A stretch of DNA of 64,000 bases from Candidatus Bathyarchaeota archaeon (GCA_963833575.1 CAWHXY010000007.1:96001-160000), one strand, 5' to 3'. Shown: positions 10,931 through 20,661, counted from the stretch's first letter. A program made the numbers and translations. Notes: generated from the sequence alone by a model not told the origin.

Positions 10931-11206
10931 TTGCCATTAACTCATAGAGTTAGCTTTAAGGTGCAGTTGCAGAATCAGAGTCGTTTTCAAGTGCCTAAAG
11001 TTGTAAGGTGGCACTATAAGCTTGAGTCTTCTCAGATGCTCAAAGTTTCTTTAAGGGTATTTAATTTGGGATTTCAGGAAGATTTCTTGGCTAGAATGCA
11101 TCCAGATGGCCGCATAACAGTTCCCAGGCTAATTATCGTTCAGTTGAAACAAAATATGACTGACCTTAAATCCTGCTTCATTGAAGTAGCGCTTGAACCA
11201 GCATAA
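10931..11206 (+). CDS. Small tandem AbrB/MazE-like (swapped-hairpin) DNA-binding protein
   Basis: Two AbrB-like repeats: LQNQSRFQVPKVVR and MHPDGRITVPRLII; GGAG upstream of the TTG start. Confidence 0.75.
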   Translation: MPLTHRVSFKVQLQNQSRFQVPKVVRWHYKLESSQMLKVSLRVFNLGFQEDFLARMHPDGRITVPRLIIVQLKQNMTDLKSCFIEVALEPA

Positions 11207-11280
11207 AGCTTCGATTACGAATATCTAAGGAAAACAAATTGAGAGCGGCGACTTTGCTTTATCGGAAAAACCGGAAAGCT

Positions 11281-12624
11281 TCAAGGAAAATGCCATTCAT
11301 TAATGAGTCCAGGTTTAACTTCACGGCTTTTCTCTTGTCCATATCTTATTAATGGTTTAGTAAGATGACGCTGAGACCTAGTAGAAGTAATATACAATTC
11401 AGGCTTAAGCCCTCTAGAAACAACAAATTCCTGTTTTTTTAATCGAGCAAATTTTTTGCCGCATTTTTCGCAGCGAAACCCTTGGTTTTTGCCCATAGAT
11501 TTCAACCGTTTGTCGCAGGCAGGACAAAGTGGATTCTCCTTTCGCGTTTTCGGCTTAAGCTTCAAGATATTGATTTTTTCCAGATTAATTGTTAACGGCT
11601 TACTCGACGTTGCCTCATGAACAGCTCCATAAACTTCAATGCAGTCGCCAACAATAAGTTCTCTCGCTATTTTTCTTAAGCACCCGGTTGGCTCATAAGC
11701 GGCACAATCCACTTCGGCTGAATCGTCACCAAGAGAAAAGAATACGTGACGCAAAGGAATTATCCGCGGCTCCTTTGATACAACGCCTTTAACGATAACT
11801 GAACTGTAAGGCTCAATCTTGTTTAATCCATCAATACGTCTTAAGTGGGCATCGGTGCCTTGGTTTGAGCGGAAAATAACCCAGCGTTCAACAGGTTCAA
11901 GTGGTTTCACCAGCTCGTAAGCCTTCTTTACTGTTTCGGCCGATTCTCCTCTTATTCCAAACAAAATTGGATCTGGACCACGAGGTGTAATAATCACCCT
12001 GCGAGTCTCTGAATCTACATTGTTAAACGTGTAGGGCTGCAATTGTTTATCCATCTCAAAAATTGAGTCTTCATCCACTTTCCGTTTGGAACCCCAATTT
12101 TCCTTCACCCTGTAAGCAATTAACTCGTAGGTGTAATCGCCATCCAAAGTTTCGCCAATGGATGCTAAAGCGCCAATGATGCCTCTGCATGAGTTAAACC
12201 CTAACGCTTCCGCTTTGAGTTTTTTGATAAGAGCCATTGCTTCTTTAAGCGTTACAATGCTTGTCTCGGTTTTCTTCGAAAAGGCTTTAAGTTCTTCGGG
12301 GATTTTCTGACTTTTTAAAAAAACTATTCCTGGATCTGTGCCTTTCTCTTTGATGGCTGAGTTTTCTTCCCATAACGCAATAGCTGATTCTTTTATTTTC
12401 TCTTCAAAGATCTCATCATAGCTAAATCTTAGACATAGTGCGCCGTTGCCTCTTGTTTTCCAAGGTACATTAGGATTGAGTCTAATGAGGCTTGGATAAT
12501 CTATAAAATGGACGCGGAATTCATCAAGTTTTTCAACAAGTAATGCTGCAAGATATGTTGTACAGCCACCTTTGGTTGAGTCAGTATCATCTAAGCCAAT
12601 ATGCATTACCTGTTGCGGAGTCAA
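11281..12624 (-). CDS. tiaS: tRNA(Ile2) 2-agmatinylcytidine synthetase TiaS
   Basis: GLDDTDS, RLNPNVPWKTRGNGA, PRGPDPILFGIRG, SNQGTDAH, OB fold, C-terminal Zn ribbon, RHLTKP. Confidence 0.97.
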   Translation of the reverse strand: MTPQQVMHIGLDDTDSTKGGCTTYLAALLVEKLDEFRVHFIDYPSLIRLNPNVPWKTRGNGALCLRFSYDEIFEEKIKESAIALWEENSAIKEKGTDPGIVFLKSQKIPEELKAFSKKTETSIVTLKEAMALIKKLKAEALGFNSCRGIIGALASIGETLDGDYTYELIAYRVKENWGSKRKVDEDSIFEMDKQLQPYTFNNVDSETRRVIITPRGPDPILFGIRGESAETVKKAYELVKPLEPVERWVIFRSNQGTDAHLRRIDGLNKIEPYSSVIVKGVVSKEPRIIPLRHVFFSLGDDSAEVDCAAYEPTGCLRKIARELIVGDCIEVYGAVHEATSSKPLTINLEKINILKLKPKTRKENPLCPACDKRLKSMGKNQGFRCEKCGKKFARLKKQEFVVSRGLKPELYITSTRSQRHLTKPLIRYGQEKSREVKPGLINEWHFP

Positions 12625-12769
12625 AGTCAGCGTTCTCCAAATTAAAAAGAGAATGCCCTGTGAGTAAAAAAATGTTGTTTAGCATAAACTGAAATTTGCC
12701 TGAGATTATACAACCATAAGGTAACGTTCAAAAAACACTTTTTTCTAGTGTTGTTGATTGCCGTTTTTT

Positions 12770-13000
12770 GCAGATATTATCCTTATTAGTTTTGAATTTA
12801 TTTTTGTGTTTTTAAAGATTTTTTAGTTGTTGTCGACTTAAGATCCTCCAGATTCTGAGCTTTTAATTTGCGGTTATGTCGTAGGCTTCTCAAAGGCGAT
12901 GTGCTTCTTCAACCCTTCAATTTTCTTTAGTGTTTTAACCGTCTCTTTTTCTGCCCCAATTTTAATTCTTACAACAATGTATGTTGTTGGCGTTTTCTTA
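12770..13000 (-). pseudogene. Decayed third Lrp/AsnC ligand-binding-domain gene
   Basis: Minus strand reads PTTYIVVRIKIGAEKETVKTLKKIEG, frameshift, VEEAHRL*EAYDITA, frameshift, KAQNLEDLK; aligns with the intact paralogs at 13531 and 15172. Confidence 0.75.
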
Positions 13001-13530
13001 CGACTTCGCTTATTTTATTTTAAGCTGCTTTCAGAGGTTTGGATAATCTTTTTCGTTCGAGTGGAACTAAAAAAGTTTCAGCGGGTATCCAAACCTCTTC
13101 ATCCAAGCGATAAAAAATTTAGTGCATCTGATTGCGGTAAGAGATCTTACTTTCCTGCAGCCTCTTTCATCCATACTATGTTGGAATTGCAAATATCCTT
13201 TCCTTCTTTCAGTGCTCCAGACGCACAGGAATCTAAGTTAGTTGCACAAAATTTAAAATTATGTGGTTGCCTCTAGCCAATCACAACAAAGCGGTAAGTT
13301 CAATAGAACTTAGTTGTAAAGATAACGCTATTCATAAAAAAGTGGTGTCTAAAATATCCGTCTATTTGTTTTTTTGGAAATTGTTATCGAACTAAGGCAT
13401 TTGAATTCTATTACATTTTTTTTCAGAAGTTTTTTCCATAATGCTTGAAGTTAGCTTGTTAACAAGAATTTTATAATAATAATTAATTGTTCGGAGAAAT
13501 TATTAAAAGAAAGGGAGTTAAGTGAGTAAC

Positions 13531-13767
13531 TTATCGTTCCTCGACAACGATCATTGTTAATGTCGACCGAACTTTATCAAGCCGTCGAATTCGCCATGTA
13601 ACAATTTCTTTTAGCTTGTCCATAGTGTCCGCCTTGACTCTAGCGACTATGTCGTAAACTCCGTAAACGGCCGACGCTTCTTCTACGCCTTCAACTTTCT
13701 TAAGTTCTTTTAGTACATCTGATTCTGAACCTATTTCTGTATTTATTAGAACAAAGGCTGTGGGCAT
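13531..13767 (-). CDS. Stand-alone Lrp/AsnC ligand-binding (RAM) domain protein
   Basis: AFVLIN...VEEASAVYGVYDIVARV...VRSTLT; no HTH. Confidence 0.93.
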   Translation of the reverse strand: MPTAFVLINTEIGSESDVLKELKKVEGVEEASAVYGVYDIVARVKADTMDKLKEIVTWRIRRLDKVRSTLTMIVVEER

Positions 13768-13804
13768 ATCGATCCAACTCTAAGAATTGATAAGTTTAGA
13801 CTCC

Positions 13805-13824
13805 ATTAAAAAGTTTCCTAGAGA
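13805..13824 (-). promoter_or_regulatory. BRE/TATA promoter shared with the paralog at 15442..15460
   Basis: Minus strand TCTCTAGGAAACTTTTTAAT, about 38 nt upstream of the ATG; near-identical element at the same distance upstream of the paralog. Confidence 0.6.
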
Positions 13825-13882
13825 GCCTTACGAATCACCACTTGAATCAGCGTGTAACTGCTAAATTGAAGATTTAGAAATT

Positions 13883-14926
13883 CTAAAGATTTGCGCTTTG
13901 CTTTTTTCTTATAATTTTGATCCCTGCCCATTGCAATGCAGCATATGATATTATCAGTCTAAACCACAAACTCACAACTCTTGTTAAGAGGGTTACAGAT
14001 ACACTTAGGGCTGCAGGGATTCCAAGAGCAGTAAATGAAACACTCATAATTAATTCTGGGAATCCGAAAAAAGTCAAGCCAACCGTTTGAAGGATTCCAG
14101 TTAAAGTGAAAACAATAAGCACTTTATCAACAGGAATGGAATAACCTAGGGCTAGAAAAGTCAAAAAAATTACCGAAATTTCAAAAATGAAACTTATAAT
14201 GTCATAAAGGATGGGTTTAACAAGCGCTTTGGGCTTAGCTTTCAATTGTTCGATGCTTACATGAAATTTACTTAAAAATAGTTCCGCTTTTAGCCGAAAA
14301 TTTTTAGGGTCCCATTTTTTCCTAAAGTACGATAATAGTCTTATTCCACAATTCAACAAGATTGTAGTTGTTTTCGGCTTAAGGCTTATATAATAAATTA
14401 GAAGTACCGAAAAGATTGATAACGCTAACACAAGGGCAATTAAAAAAATTACTATAAACGGCAGGGGATAACTAAATAGCACTAATCCTAAACCAAGACT
14501 TAAAGCCACAACTGTAATTGTTATATTGAAAATTTTCTGTCCAACAACGGAAGCGCCTATTTTTGCTGAGCCTTGATTTAAATCCTTAGTTAGAAAGTAA
14601 GTTTTAGATATCTCTCCGGACCATCCAAGTTGTGGAACCATTGCTTCAAAGAATAACCCGACCCACGTTAACAATAGAGATTTTCGAATGCTGATTTTTA
14701 CTGATAAATTGTTTAGCAGGTTCCGCCAAACTAGGGCAGAAAAGAACGCGAACATAAAATAGGCTATGAAGGCGCTTGCAAAAAATGCAAGGTTTGTCTT
14801 TAAGAGTATGTCAATGACTTGGGCTGGATTAATGAAGAAGTATAGGTAAACGATGAAGGCAACTAATCCTAAAATTAAGATTATTAGAATTGTGTTTAGC
14901 CGTACTGGTGTTTTTTCCGTAGTCAT
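13883..14926 (-). CDS. Flippase-like / lysylphosphatidylglycerol synthase TM-domain protein (UPF0104)
   Basis: Multi-TM; WRNLL, P..GWSGEISK and TRVVSLW motifs. Confidence 0.85.
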   Translation of the reverse strand: MTTEKTPVRLNTILIILILGLVAFIVYLYFFINPAQVIDILLKTNLAFFASAFIAYFMFAFFSALVWRNLLNNLSVKISIRKSLLLTWVGLFFEAMVPQLGWSGEISKTYFLTKDLNQGSAKIGASVVGQKIFNITITVVALSLGLGLVLFSYPLPFIVIFLIALVLALSIFSVLLIYYISLKPKTTTILLNCGIRLLSYFRKKWDPKNFRLKAELFLSKFHVSIEQLKAKPKALVKPILYDIISFIFEISVIFLTFLALGYSIPVDKVLIVFTLTGILQTVGLTFFGFPELIMSVSFTALGIPAALSVSVTLLTRVVSLWFRLIISYAALQWAGIKIIRKKQSANL

Positions 14927-15171
14927 CTAAGTATTTCAAGCCTTTGTTTAGACTTTCGCAGTTGAACTTTTAAGCGTATGCAAAGAAAGTGGCTTTTTCC
15001 ATTCAATCGGAGGGTTCTTGGATGTAATAAAAAGTCATAATTACAATTAAGAAATGTCAATAAAATTAGTTATTGTAATTTGATAAACGTTGGTCAAATA
15101 GCCACTTTGCTGTTCGATTTATTAAACAAAAAAGAGAGCAAGATTTTTTCTTGCTTTGCTAAGTCTTGACT

Positions 15172-15405
15172 TTATTCTTCCATCATTATCAAAGTTAACG
15201 TGGACCGTACTCTGCCGATGGATCTTACTTTTTGTGTTACCATTTCTTTGAGTCGTTCCATTGAGTCAGCTTTTATTTTGGTGATTATGTCATAAACTCC
15301 ATATGAAAAGTATGCTTCTTCGACGCCTTCGATTTTTTTTAGGTCATTAACAACTTCTTGTTCGGCTCCTGATTCAACGTTTATTAATACAAAGGCTTTG
15401 GGCAT
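15172..15405 (-). CDS. Stand-alone Lrp/AsnC ligand-binding domain protein
   Basis: MPKAFVLIN...EEAYFSYGVYDII...VRSTLTLI; paralog of 13531..13767. Confidence 0.93.
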   Translation of the reverse strand: MPKAFVLINVESGAEQEVVNDLKKIEGVEEAYFSYGVYDIITKIKADSMERLKEMVTQKVRSIGRVRSTLTLIMMEE

Positions 15406-15441
15406 TTTTTGTCTCCACAAAAGATACTTGGTGACCTCTTA

Positions 15442-15460
15442 ATTAAAATTTTTCTAGAGA
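15442..15460 (-). promoter_or_regulatory. BRE/TATA promoter
   Basis: Minus strand TCTCTAGAAAAATTTTAAT, matching 13805..13824. Confidence 0.6.
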
Positions 15461-15704
15461 AATTCTTTTCCTATGCCCTTAGAGCTTTGTTTGGACGTTC
15501 TTCTAGTGCAATATTGGCTATAATGGGCATATAGCCTATTGTACTGCCTTTTACGCGAAACCACAAATGTAGATAGTAACCGGTTTCATTACTTTGTTTA
15601 TGTGGTGAAAGTGAATCATTGACGATTGTACATTTTTACAACTGAGCACACAAAAGAGTTATATGAAGTAAGCTTGAAAGGTGTAGGATATTGCGGCGAG
15701 TACC

Positions 15705-17333
15705 ATGGTTAAGTATATTTTCGTTACGGGCGGAGTATTAAGCTCAGTCGGTAAGGGCATATTAACATCTTCTATCGGTAAAATGCTTCAAGCCCGAGGG
15801 CTAAAACCCACGGTTGTAAAAATCGATCCATATGTGAACGTTGATGCAGGAACCATGAATCCATACATGCATGGTGAAGTCTTCGTTACCGATGACGGCG
15901 GGGAAACCGATCTGGACTTAGGCTGGTACGAACGTTTCTTAGACTTAAGCCTCAAGCAAGAAAACAACTTAACAACAGGCATTGTTTACAAATCTGTAAT
16001 TGAAAAAGAAAGACGCGGTGACTTTTTAGGACGTTGTGTCCAAATTGTGCCTCATATAACTAACGAAATAAAAAATCGCATTAAAAGTGTTGGTAAATCG
16101 TCATGCGCTGATGTAGTTCTAACCGAAGTTGGCGGAACAGTTGGAGACATTGAAGGTTTGCCATTTCTTGAAGCTATACGTCAAATGCGTCTTGAGGAAG
16201 GTTACGAAAATACGCTTTATGTTCACGTAGCTTTGGTCCCGATTTTAGATGTTACCAGTGAAATGAAAACGAAACCTTTGCAGCATAGCGTTAACGAACT
16301 ACGACGTATCGGTGTTCAACCTGACACAATAGTAGCTAGAAGCCCTAAAATGATTGATGCTGAAGCGCTCAGAAAAATAGCGTTGTTTGGCACTATTCCA
16401 GAAAGCGCTGTTTTCTGCTCTTTTAATGCTGATTCCGTTTATCAAGTACCGCTTATTTTAGATAAACAGGGCATGGGTGACTTTATCTGTCAGCGCCTAG
16501 GCTTCAAGTGCGATGGTAAAGACTTTGGTAATTGGAAACAATATGTAGATGCTGCCCTCAATCCGGAGTACGAAGTTAAAATAGCGTTGGTAGGCAAGTA
16601 TGCTGGGTTAACCGACAGCTACGTAAGCATGACCGAGGCACTTCGGCATGGAGCTGCCGCAAACAAAGCCAAAGTTTGTATATCCTACCTTGAAGCTGAG
16701 AAACTAGAGCATGAACCCGATTGCATAAAGGACCTTGCAAATTTCGACGGTGTTTTTGTTCCATATGGTTTTGGGCCTAGAGGGACTGAAGGTAAAATCG
16801 CGGCTACCAAGTTTGCTCGAGAAAACGATATCCCGTTCTTAGGAATATGTTACGGTTTTCAACTGGCAGTTATTGAATTTGCTCGGAACGTTTGCGGCTT
16901 AAAAGATGCAAACAGCACAGAGATTAATCCTGAGTCTCCTTATCCAATAATTGATCTAATGCCTGAACAACGAGGAATAGAACTCAAAGGTGCAACAATG
17001 CGTTTGGGTGCTCACAAGATTATTTTACAAAAAGGTTCAGTTGCTTACAATTTATGGGGACAAGAAGAAATATACGAACGTCACCGCCACCGCTTCGAAG
17101 TTAACTTAGACTACTTAGAAACCCTCAAAAACAATGGTTTATGCTTTACAGGCAAAAGTTCCGACGGCAGAAGAATGGAAACTTTAGAGTACGCAAAGAA
17201 CTACTTTTTCTTTGCTTCGCAGTTCCATGGAGAATTTAAAAGCCGACCTGGAAGACCTTCACCTGAGTACTTTGGATTCCTTCAAGCCTGCGTAAACAAA
17301 AAACTTGGAAAACCAAAAGTTACCGTGTCTTAA
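15705..17333 (+). CDS. pyrG: CTP synthase
   Basis: FVTGGVLSSVGKG, KIDPYVNVDAGTM, KTKPLQ, glutaminase GICYG, ERHRHR, QFHGE. Confidence 0.99.
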   Translation: MVKYIFVTGGVLSSVGKGILTSSIGKMLQARGLKPTVVKIDPYVNVDAGTMNPYMHGEVFVTDDGGETDLDLGWYERFLDLSLKQENNLTTGIVYKSVIEKERRGDFLGRCVQIVPHITNEIKNRIKSVGKSSCADVVLTEVGGTVGDIEGLPFLEAIRQMRLEEGYENTLYVHVALVPILDVTSEMKTKPLQHSVNELRRIGVQPDTIVARSPKMIDAEALRKIALFGTIPESAVFCSFNADSVYQVPLILDKQGMGDFICQRLGFKCDGKDFGNWKQYVDAALNPEYEVKIALVGKYAGLTDSYVSMTEALRHGAAANKAKVCISYLEAEKLEHEPDCIKDLANFDGVFVPYGFGPRGTEGKIAATKFARENDIPFLGICYGFQLAVIEFARNVCGLKDANSTEINPESPYPIIDLMPEQRGIELKGATMRLGAHKIILQKGSVAYNLWGQEEIYERHRHRFEVNLDYLETLKNNGLCFTGKSSDGRRMETLEYAKNYFFFASQFHGEFKSRPGRPSPEYFGFLQACVNKKLGKPKVTVS

Positions 17334-17394
17334 GGCAATTACTAGAAAAGGCTATAATGCATGATTTACATGAAACGTTAAGGATTGAGAAAAA

Positions 17395-17685
17395 ATGGAA
17401 GAAAAAGGAAATTGGGATTCAAAAGGTTTTAGCAAGCAGATGAAGGAAAGTAAAGATGAACTGGGCGACTTGCGCAAAGAACTCAATTGCGTCATGGCAA
17501 AATTCTGTTTACGTGCACTGAGGGTTTATCAATCTACAAGACCTGAACCGCTAAGACCAAGCGAAATTGCTTTGTTGATTAGAAATGAACTTAATTTCTC
17601 ATTAGCAGATCTTACAGCGCAGCCGAATTTGGATAATATTACGGCGCTTGTCAAGGAAGAATGGGCTAAAGAGAATAAACAATAA
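17395..17685 (+). CDS. Hypothetical protein
   Basis: 96-aa ORF with ATG start, followed by a T-tract. Confidence 0.65.
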   Translation: MEEKGNWDSKGFSKQMKESKDELGDLRKELNCVMAKFCLRALRVYQSTRPEPLRPSEIALLIRNELNFSLADLTAQPNLDNITALVKEEWAKENKQ

Positions 17686-17756
17686 TTTTTTCTTTTAAAA
17701 CTAGTATTATTTTTTATTTGTTTAAAATAAAATAAAAAAATTAGTTTATCGTTTGT

Positions 17757-18179
17757 TTATTTTGTGCGGCAGAATTCTTCCATTGTCGACATTAATGATG
17801 GGACTGCGTAGATTACGTCTCTGTCATTTAGCATGCCTGCGAGGCAACCATTTTTGTCAACGATTGGTAAGTGTTTTATTTTCCAGTGTTTCATCAGTTT
17901 AGCTGCTTCTTCAACGGTTGCTTCTTCATCAATTGTAACCAGCGGGTTTGTGTAGACCATTCTTGCAATTATTGTGTTCAGTGGTACGCCATGTTCAACT
18001 GCTCTGACCAGAACATCTTTGACTGTTATGATTCCGGTTGGTTTTCCGCTTTGCTCAACAAGGATTGCATCTTTGTCAAATTTAGTCATTAAAGCAATAA
18101 CTTCTTTCACTGTAGTATTATTGTTGACTGTTTTAACATCTTTGGACATTATGTCTCTCACGAGAACATTGCTTGCCAT
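17757..18179 (-). CDS. CBS-domain pair protein
   Basis: VRDIMSKDV, GIITVKD, IKHLPIVD. Confidence 0.92.
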   Translation of the reverse strand: MASNVLVRDIMSKDVKTVNNNTTVKEVIALMTKFDKDAILVEQSGKPTGIITVKDVLVRAVEHGVPLNTIIARMVYTNPLVTIDEEATVEEAAKLMKHWKIKHLPIVDKNGCLAGMLNDRDVIYAVPSLMSTMEEFCRTK

Positions 18180-18294
18180 TCAATTTTCACCTTAACGTCT
18201 ATCACAAAAGCACACCCATTTATCAATTTTTTGTTTTATCAACGCAGACTTGTGCAACCCTTAAAAACCTGTTTTTTTCATTCTTTTTTAGAAG

Positions 18295-18813
18295 GTGACT
18301 TGCTTTTTGAGCAGCAACTCCATATCAACTAATCAGTTCGGCAACAGGTTAGATAACGCAAAGAACTACGCTGAAGTTTGGCAAATTGTTAAGGAAACTG
18401 CGCAGGTCACCTTGGGCAAGAAGAGAGATGCGATGATGCTGTTTTTGGATGATTTGCCTCTGCAACTTGGAGCCTATTATCCGGTTGGGACCAACAATAT
18501 TGTATTAAACAGGTCGCTTGTAGAGATAGTTGAGGCATCCGTAACATCCAAGCCAACCGTCAACGCGCTAGTTTACAATCTTTTGCTGCACGAGTATTTG
18601 CATGCGCTTGGTGAACTCTCTGAAGTCGAAGTTAGACGCTTGGTAATTGAAGTCGCAAAAAAATGTTTCGGAGAACAACATATCGCAGCAGAAATAGCGT
18701 GTAAAAGCCCGTGGGTTCTGCTTAAGGATATTCCGCTTGGACCCTACAACGCGCCCAAACGTGTGATGGAAATTGTTAAGAACTTTGAGAAAACTAGCCA
18801 TTACATAGTTTGA
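18295..18813 (+). CDS. Putative zincin-like metalloprotein (HExxH)
   Basis: LLLHEYLHALG followed by E; exact start uncertain. Confidence 0.75.
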   Translation: MTCFLSSNSISTNQFGNRLDNAKNYAEVWQIVKETAQVTLGKKRDAMMLFLDDLPLQLGAYYPVGTNNIVLNRSLVEIVEASVTSKPTVNALVYNLLLHEYLHALGELSEVEVRRLVIEVAKKCFGEQHIAAEIACKSPWVLLKDIPLGPYNAPKRVMEIVKNFEKTSHYIV

Positions 18814-18828
18814 AGTTTTGCAATATTC

Positions 18829-18895
18829 GGTGCATTTTTTTTCTTTGTGTTTTAGGTTGCTTTGTTGGTTTGGAGCTTGGTTTAATTGCAGGTTG
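18829..18895 (+). repeat. Conserved leader of the AbrB module, copy 2
   Basis: GGTGCATTTTTTTTCTTTGTGTTTTAGGTTGCTTT...ATTGCAGGTTG; matches 10762..10829. Confidence 0.85.
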
Positions 18896-18900
18896 ATACA

Positions 18901-18951
18901 TTTTTTGACATAATTTGACATAAATTGACACAATTTGACATAATTTGACAT
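18901..18951 (+). repeat. 10-bp tandem array, consensus TAATTTGACA x5
   Basis: TTTTTTGACA TAATTTGACA TAAATTGACA CAATTTGACA TAATTTGACA. Confidence 0.92.
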
Positions 18952-18969
18952 TTAGAAGGATTCATATGG

Positions 18970-19145
18970 TTGTTAACTCGAAAAATAACTTTTAGAGCAA
19001 TGCTTCAGATATAGACAGATTGCAAATTCCGAAGATTATATTATGGGAATTCAAGTTAGAACAGCCAACTTCTAAAAGTAGATTTCAATTTTACCGAACG
19101 TTTAGAGGCTGGCAATTTTTTTGCGGAAAATTGAAAAGACGACTG
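18970..19145 (+). pseudogene. Frameshifted paralog of the AbrB-like gene at 10931
   Basis: LTRKITFRAMLQ / RLQIPKIILWEFKLE / QLLKV aligns with LTHRVSFKVQLQ / RFQVPKVVRWHYKLE / QMLKV across frameshifts. Confidence 0.8.
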
Positions 19146-19152
19146 AACACAA

Positions 19153-19560
19153 TTACTGTTCTTTTTCGTTGATTGACATGACAGACACTTTTATTTGTTT
19201 AACAGGTTTGTTCGCTTTAAGCCCATCAATTAAGCACCTTAGCCGTTCTGAGGCTCCTTTTACAACCATAACTTCCAAGCAGCTTGTCTCTGAAATGTGC
19301 GAATGGAGATAAGCAGTTATCATGTCGTCAAATTCATGTTGAATTCGGAACAATTCTTTGTTCTCCTCAGCCTTATCGTAAAGAACAGTTATAGTTGCAA
19401 TGACGTTTCCCTTGATTTTTCCTAGCTCACTATATTGAGTAAGATACATTCGGACTGCTTGCCGAACTACCTCTGATCGGTTTGCGCCTCCATCTTCTCC
19501 CAGTACAGTGTCTAGTTGTTCAAGTAACTCGTTTGGTAGTGAAAGACTGATGATGCTCAC
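19153..19560 (-). CDS. nikR: NikR-family metal-responsive RHH regulator
   Basis: IISLSLP...NRSEVVRQAVR RHH; metal site QHE..HSH..C equivalent to E. coli H76/H87/H89/C95. Confidence 0.88.
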   Translation of the reverse strand: MSIISLSLPNELLEQLDTVLGEDGGANRSEVVRQAVRMYLTQYSELGKIKGNVIATITVLYDKAEENKELFRIQHEFDDMITAYLHSHISETSCLEVMVVKGASERLRCLIDGLKANKPVKQIKVSVMSINEKEQ

Positions 19561-19649
19561 TTAAATTCCCCTTAAACCTTTATGACAATTGTTGTTTGTT
19601 TATGGTTTTTGTTTGTCTTAAGCATTGCCTTCATTTTGCCAAATATCTC

Positions 19650-19681
19650 TGTTATTAAATTCAATTTAAATTTTAATAACA
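19650..19681. promoter_or_regulatory. Putative NikR-type operator
   Basis: Perfect inverted repeat TGTTATTAAA-N12-TTTAATAACA (GTTATTA-N16-TAATAAC) between nikR and the ABC operon. Confidence 0.75.
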
Positions 19682-19722
19682 TTTAATAAATGGTATGGGC
19701 ATTTTAATAAATTGACGATTTC

Positions 19723-20661
19723 ATGCGCAAAATCACTTATGTCCTCGTTGGCGCATTTGTTGCAGTAGTTATTATTGCCACAATTGCAGGTTTGTATCTC
19801 ACTAATAACGCTGGAACCAGTTCAAGTTCTAAGGTAAATGTGGTTGCAACATTTTATCCGCTATACGATTTCGCCCAAAATGTAGGCGGCGACAAAGTCA
19901 GCGTATCAATACTAGTTCCAGAAACAACAGACGTACATGATTTTCAACCCATACCCTCATCTTTAGCAGCCATCTCAAGCGCAGACGTCTTAATTTATAA
20001 CGGCGCTGGGCTTGAACCATGGATCCAAAGTATTATAACTTCAGCTGGTAGCTCAAAACTTATCCAAGTAGATACGAGCCAAGGAGTTCAGCTGCTTCCT
20101 GTACCCTCCAAATTTCAGAAAAATAATCAAACAATTGACCCCCACATTTGGCTTAATCCAATAAACGCAAAACAACAAGTTAACAATATTCTAAAAGGAC
20201 TAATCAAGGCTGATCCTGCAGACAGCCAATATTTTACTCAAAACGCAAATGCCTATGAGACAAAACTTGATGATTTAAATGCTCAAGCCGTTAATGCCAC
20301 AACTAACACCGCGACCAAATATTTTGTTACATTCCATGAAGCATTTGCTTATTTTGCAAAACAATATAACGTTACGCAACTTCCGATTTTGGGGCCTTTC
20401 GAAGAAGAGCCCACTCCAGCTGACATCCAAAATGTAATCAACGCTATTAATCAGTATCATCTCAAATATGTAGGATATGAGTCCCTTGAAAATCAGGCGA
20501 TTCCGAACACTATTCGTTCCGAGACAAATGCCACTTTGATAAATATGAATCCTATTGAAGGTTTAACTCCACAGCAAAAAGCGGCTGGCGACAATTACAT
20601 TACATTAATGCAGCAGGACATAAATAATATCCACTTGGCTCTAACAAATGTCGGAAGCTAA
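19723..20661 (+). CDS. znuA: Metal ABC transporter substrate-binding protein (ZnuA/TroA family)
   Basis: N-terminal anchor; DVHDF, DPHIWL and FHEAF metal-binding His motifs. Confidence 0.9.
   Translation: MRKITYVLVGAFVAVVIIATIAGLYLTNNAGTSSSSKVNVVATFYPLYDFAQNVGGDKVSVSILVPETTDVHDFQPIPSSLAAISSADVLIYNGAGLEPWIQSIITSAGSSKLIQVDTSQGVQLLPVPSKFQKNNQTIDPHIWLNPINAKQQVNNILKGLIKADPADSQYFTQNANAYETKLDDLNAQAVNATTNTATKYFVTFHEAFAYFAKQYNVTQLPILGPFEEEPTPADIQNVINAINQYHLKYVGYESLENQAIPNTIRSETNATLINMNPIEGLTPQQKAAGDNYITLMQQDINNIHLALTNVGS

Noticed and set aside
12899-13276. Plus-strand 125-aa ORF
   Set aside because: Shadow of a decayed minus-strand Lrp/AsnC gene; no recognisable motif
15601-15650. Possible C/D sRNA upstream of pyrG
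   Set aside because: Degenerate C box, AT-rich guides with no target; lies in the pyrG promoter region
18568-18951. Minus-strand 127-aa ORF with repeated MSNYVK
   Set aside because: It is a translation of the 10-bp DNA array and antisense to a real gene; a 10-bp period is not codon-compatible
18901-18951. Array as a CRISPR
   Set aside because: Contiguous 10-bp units with no spacers and no cas genes
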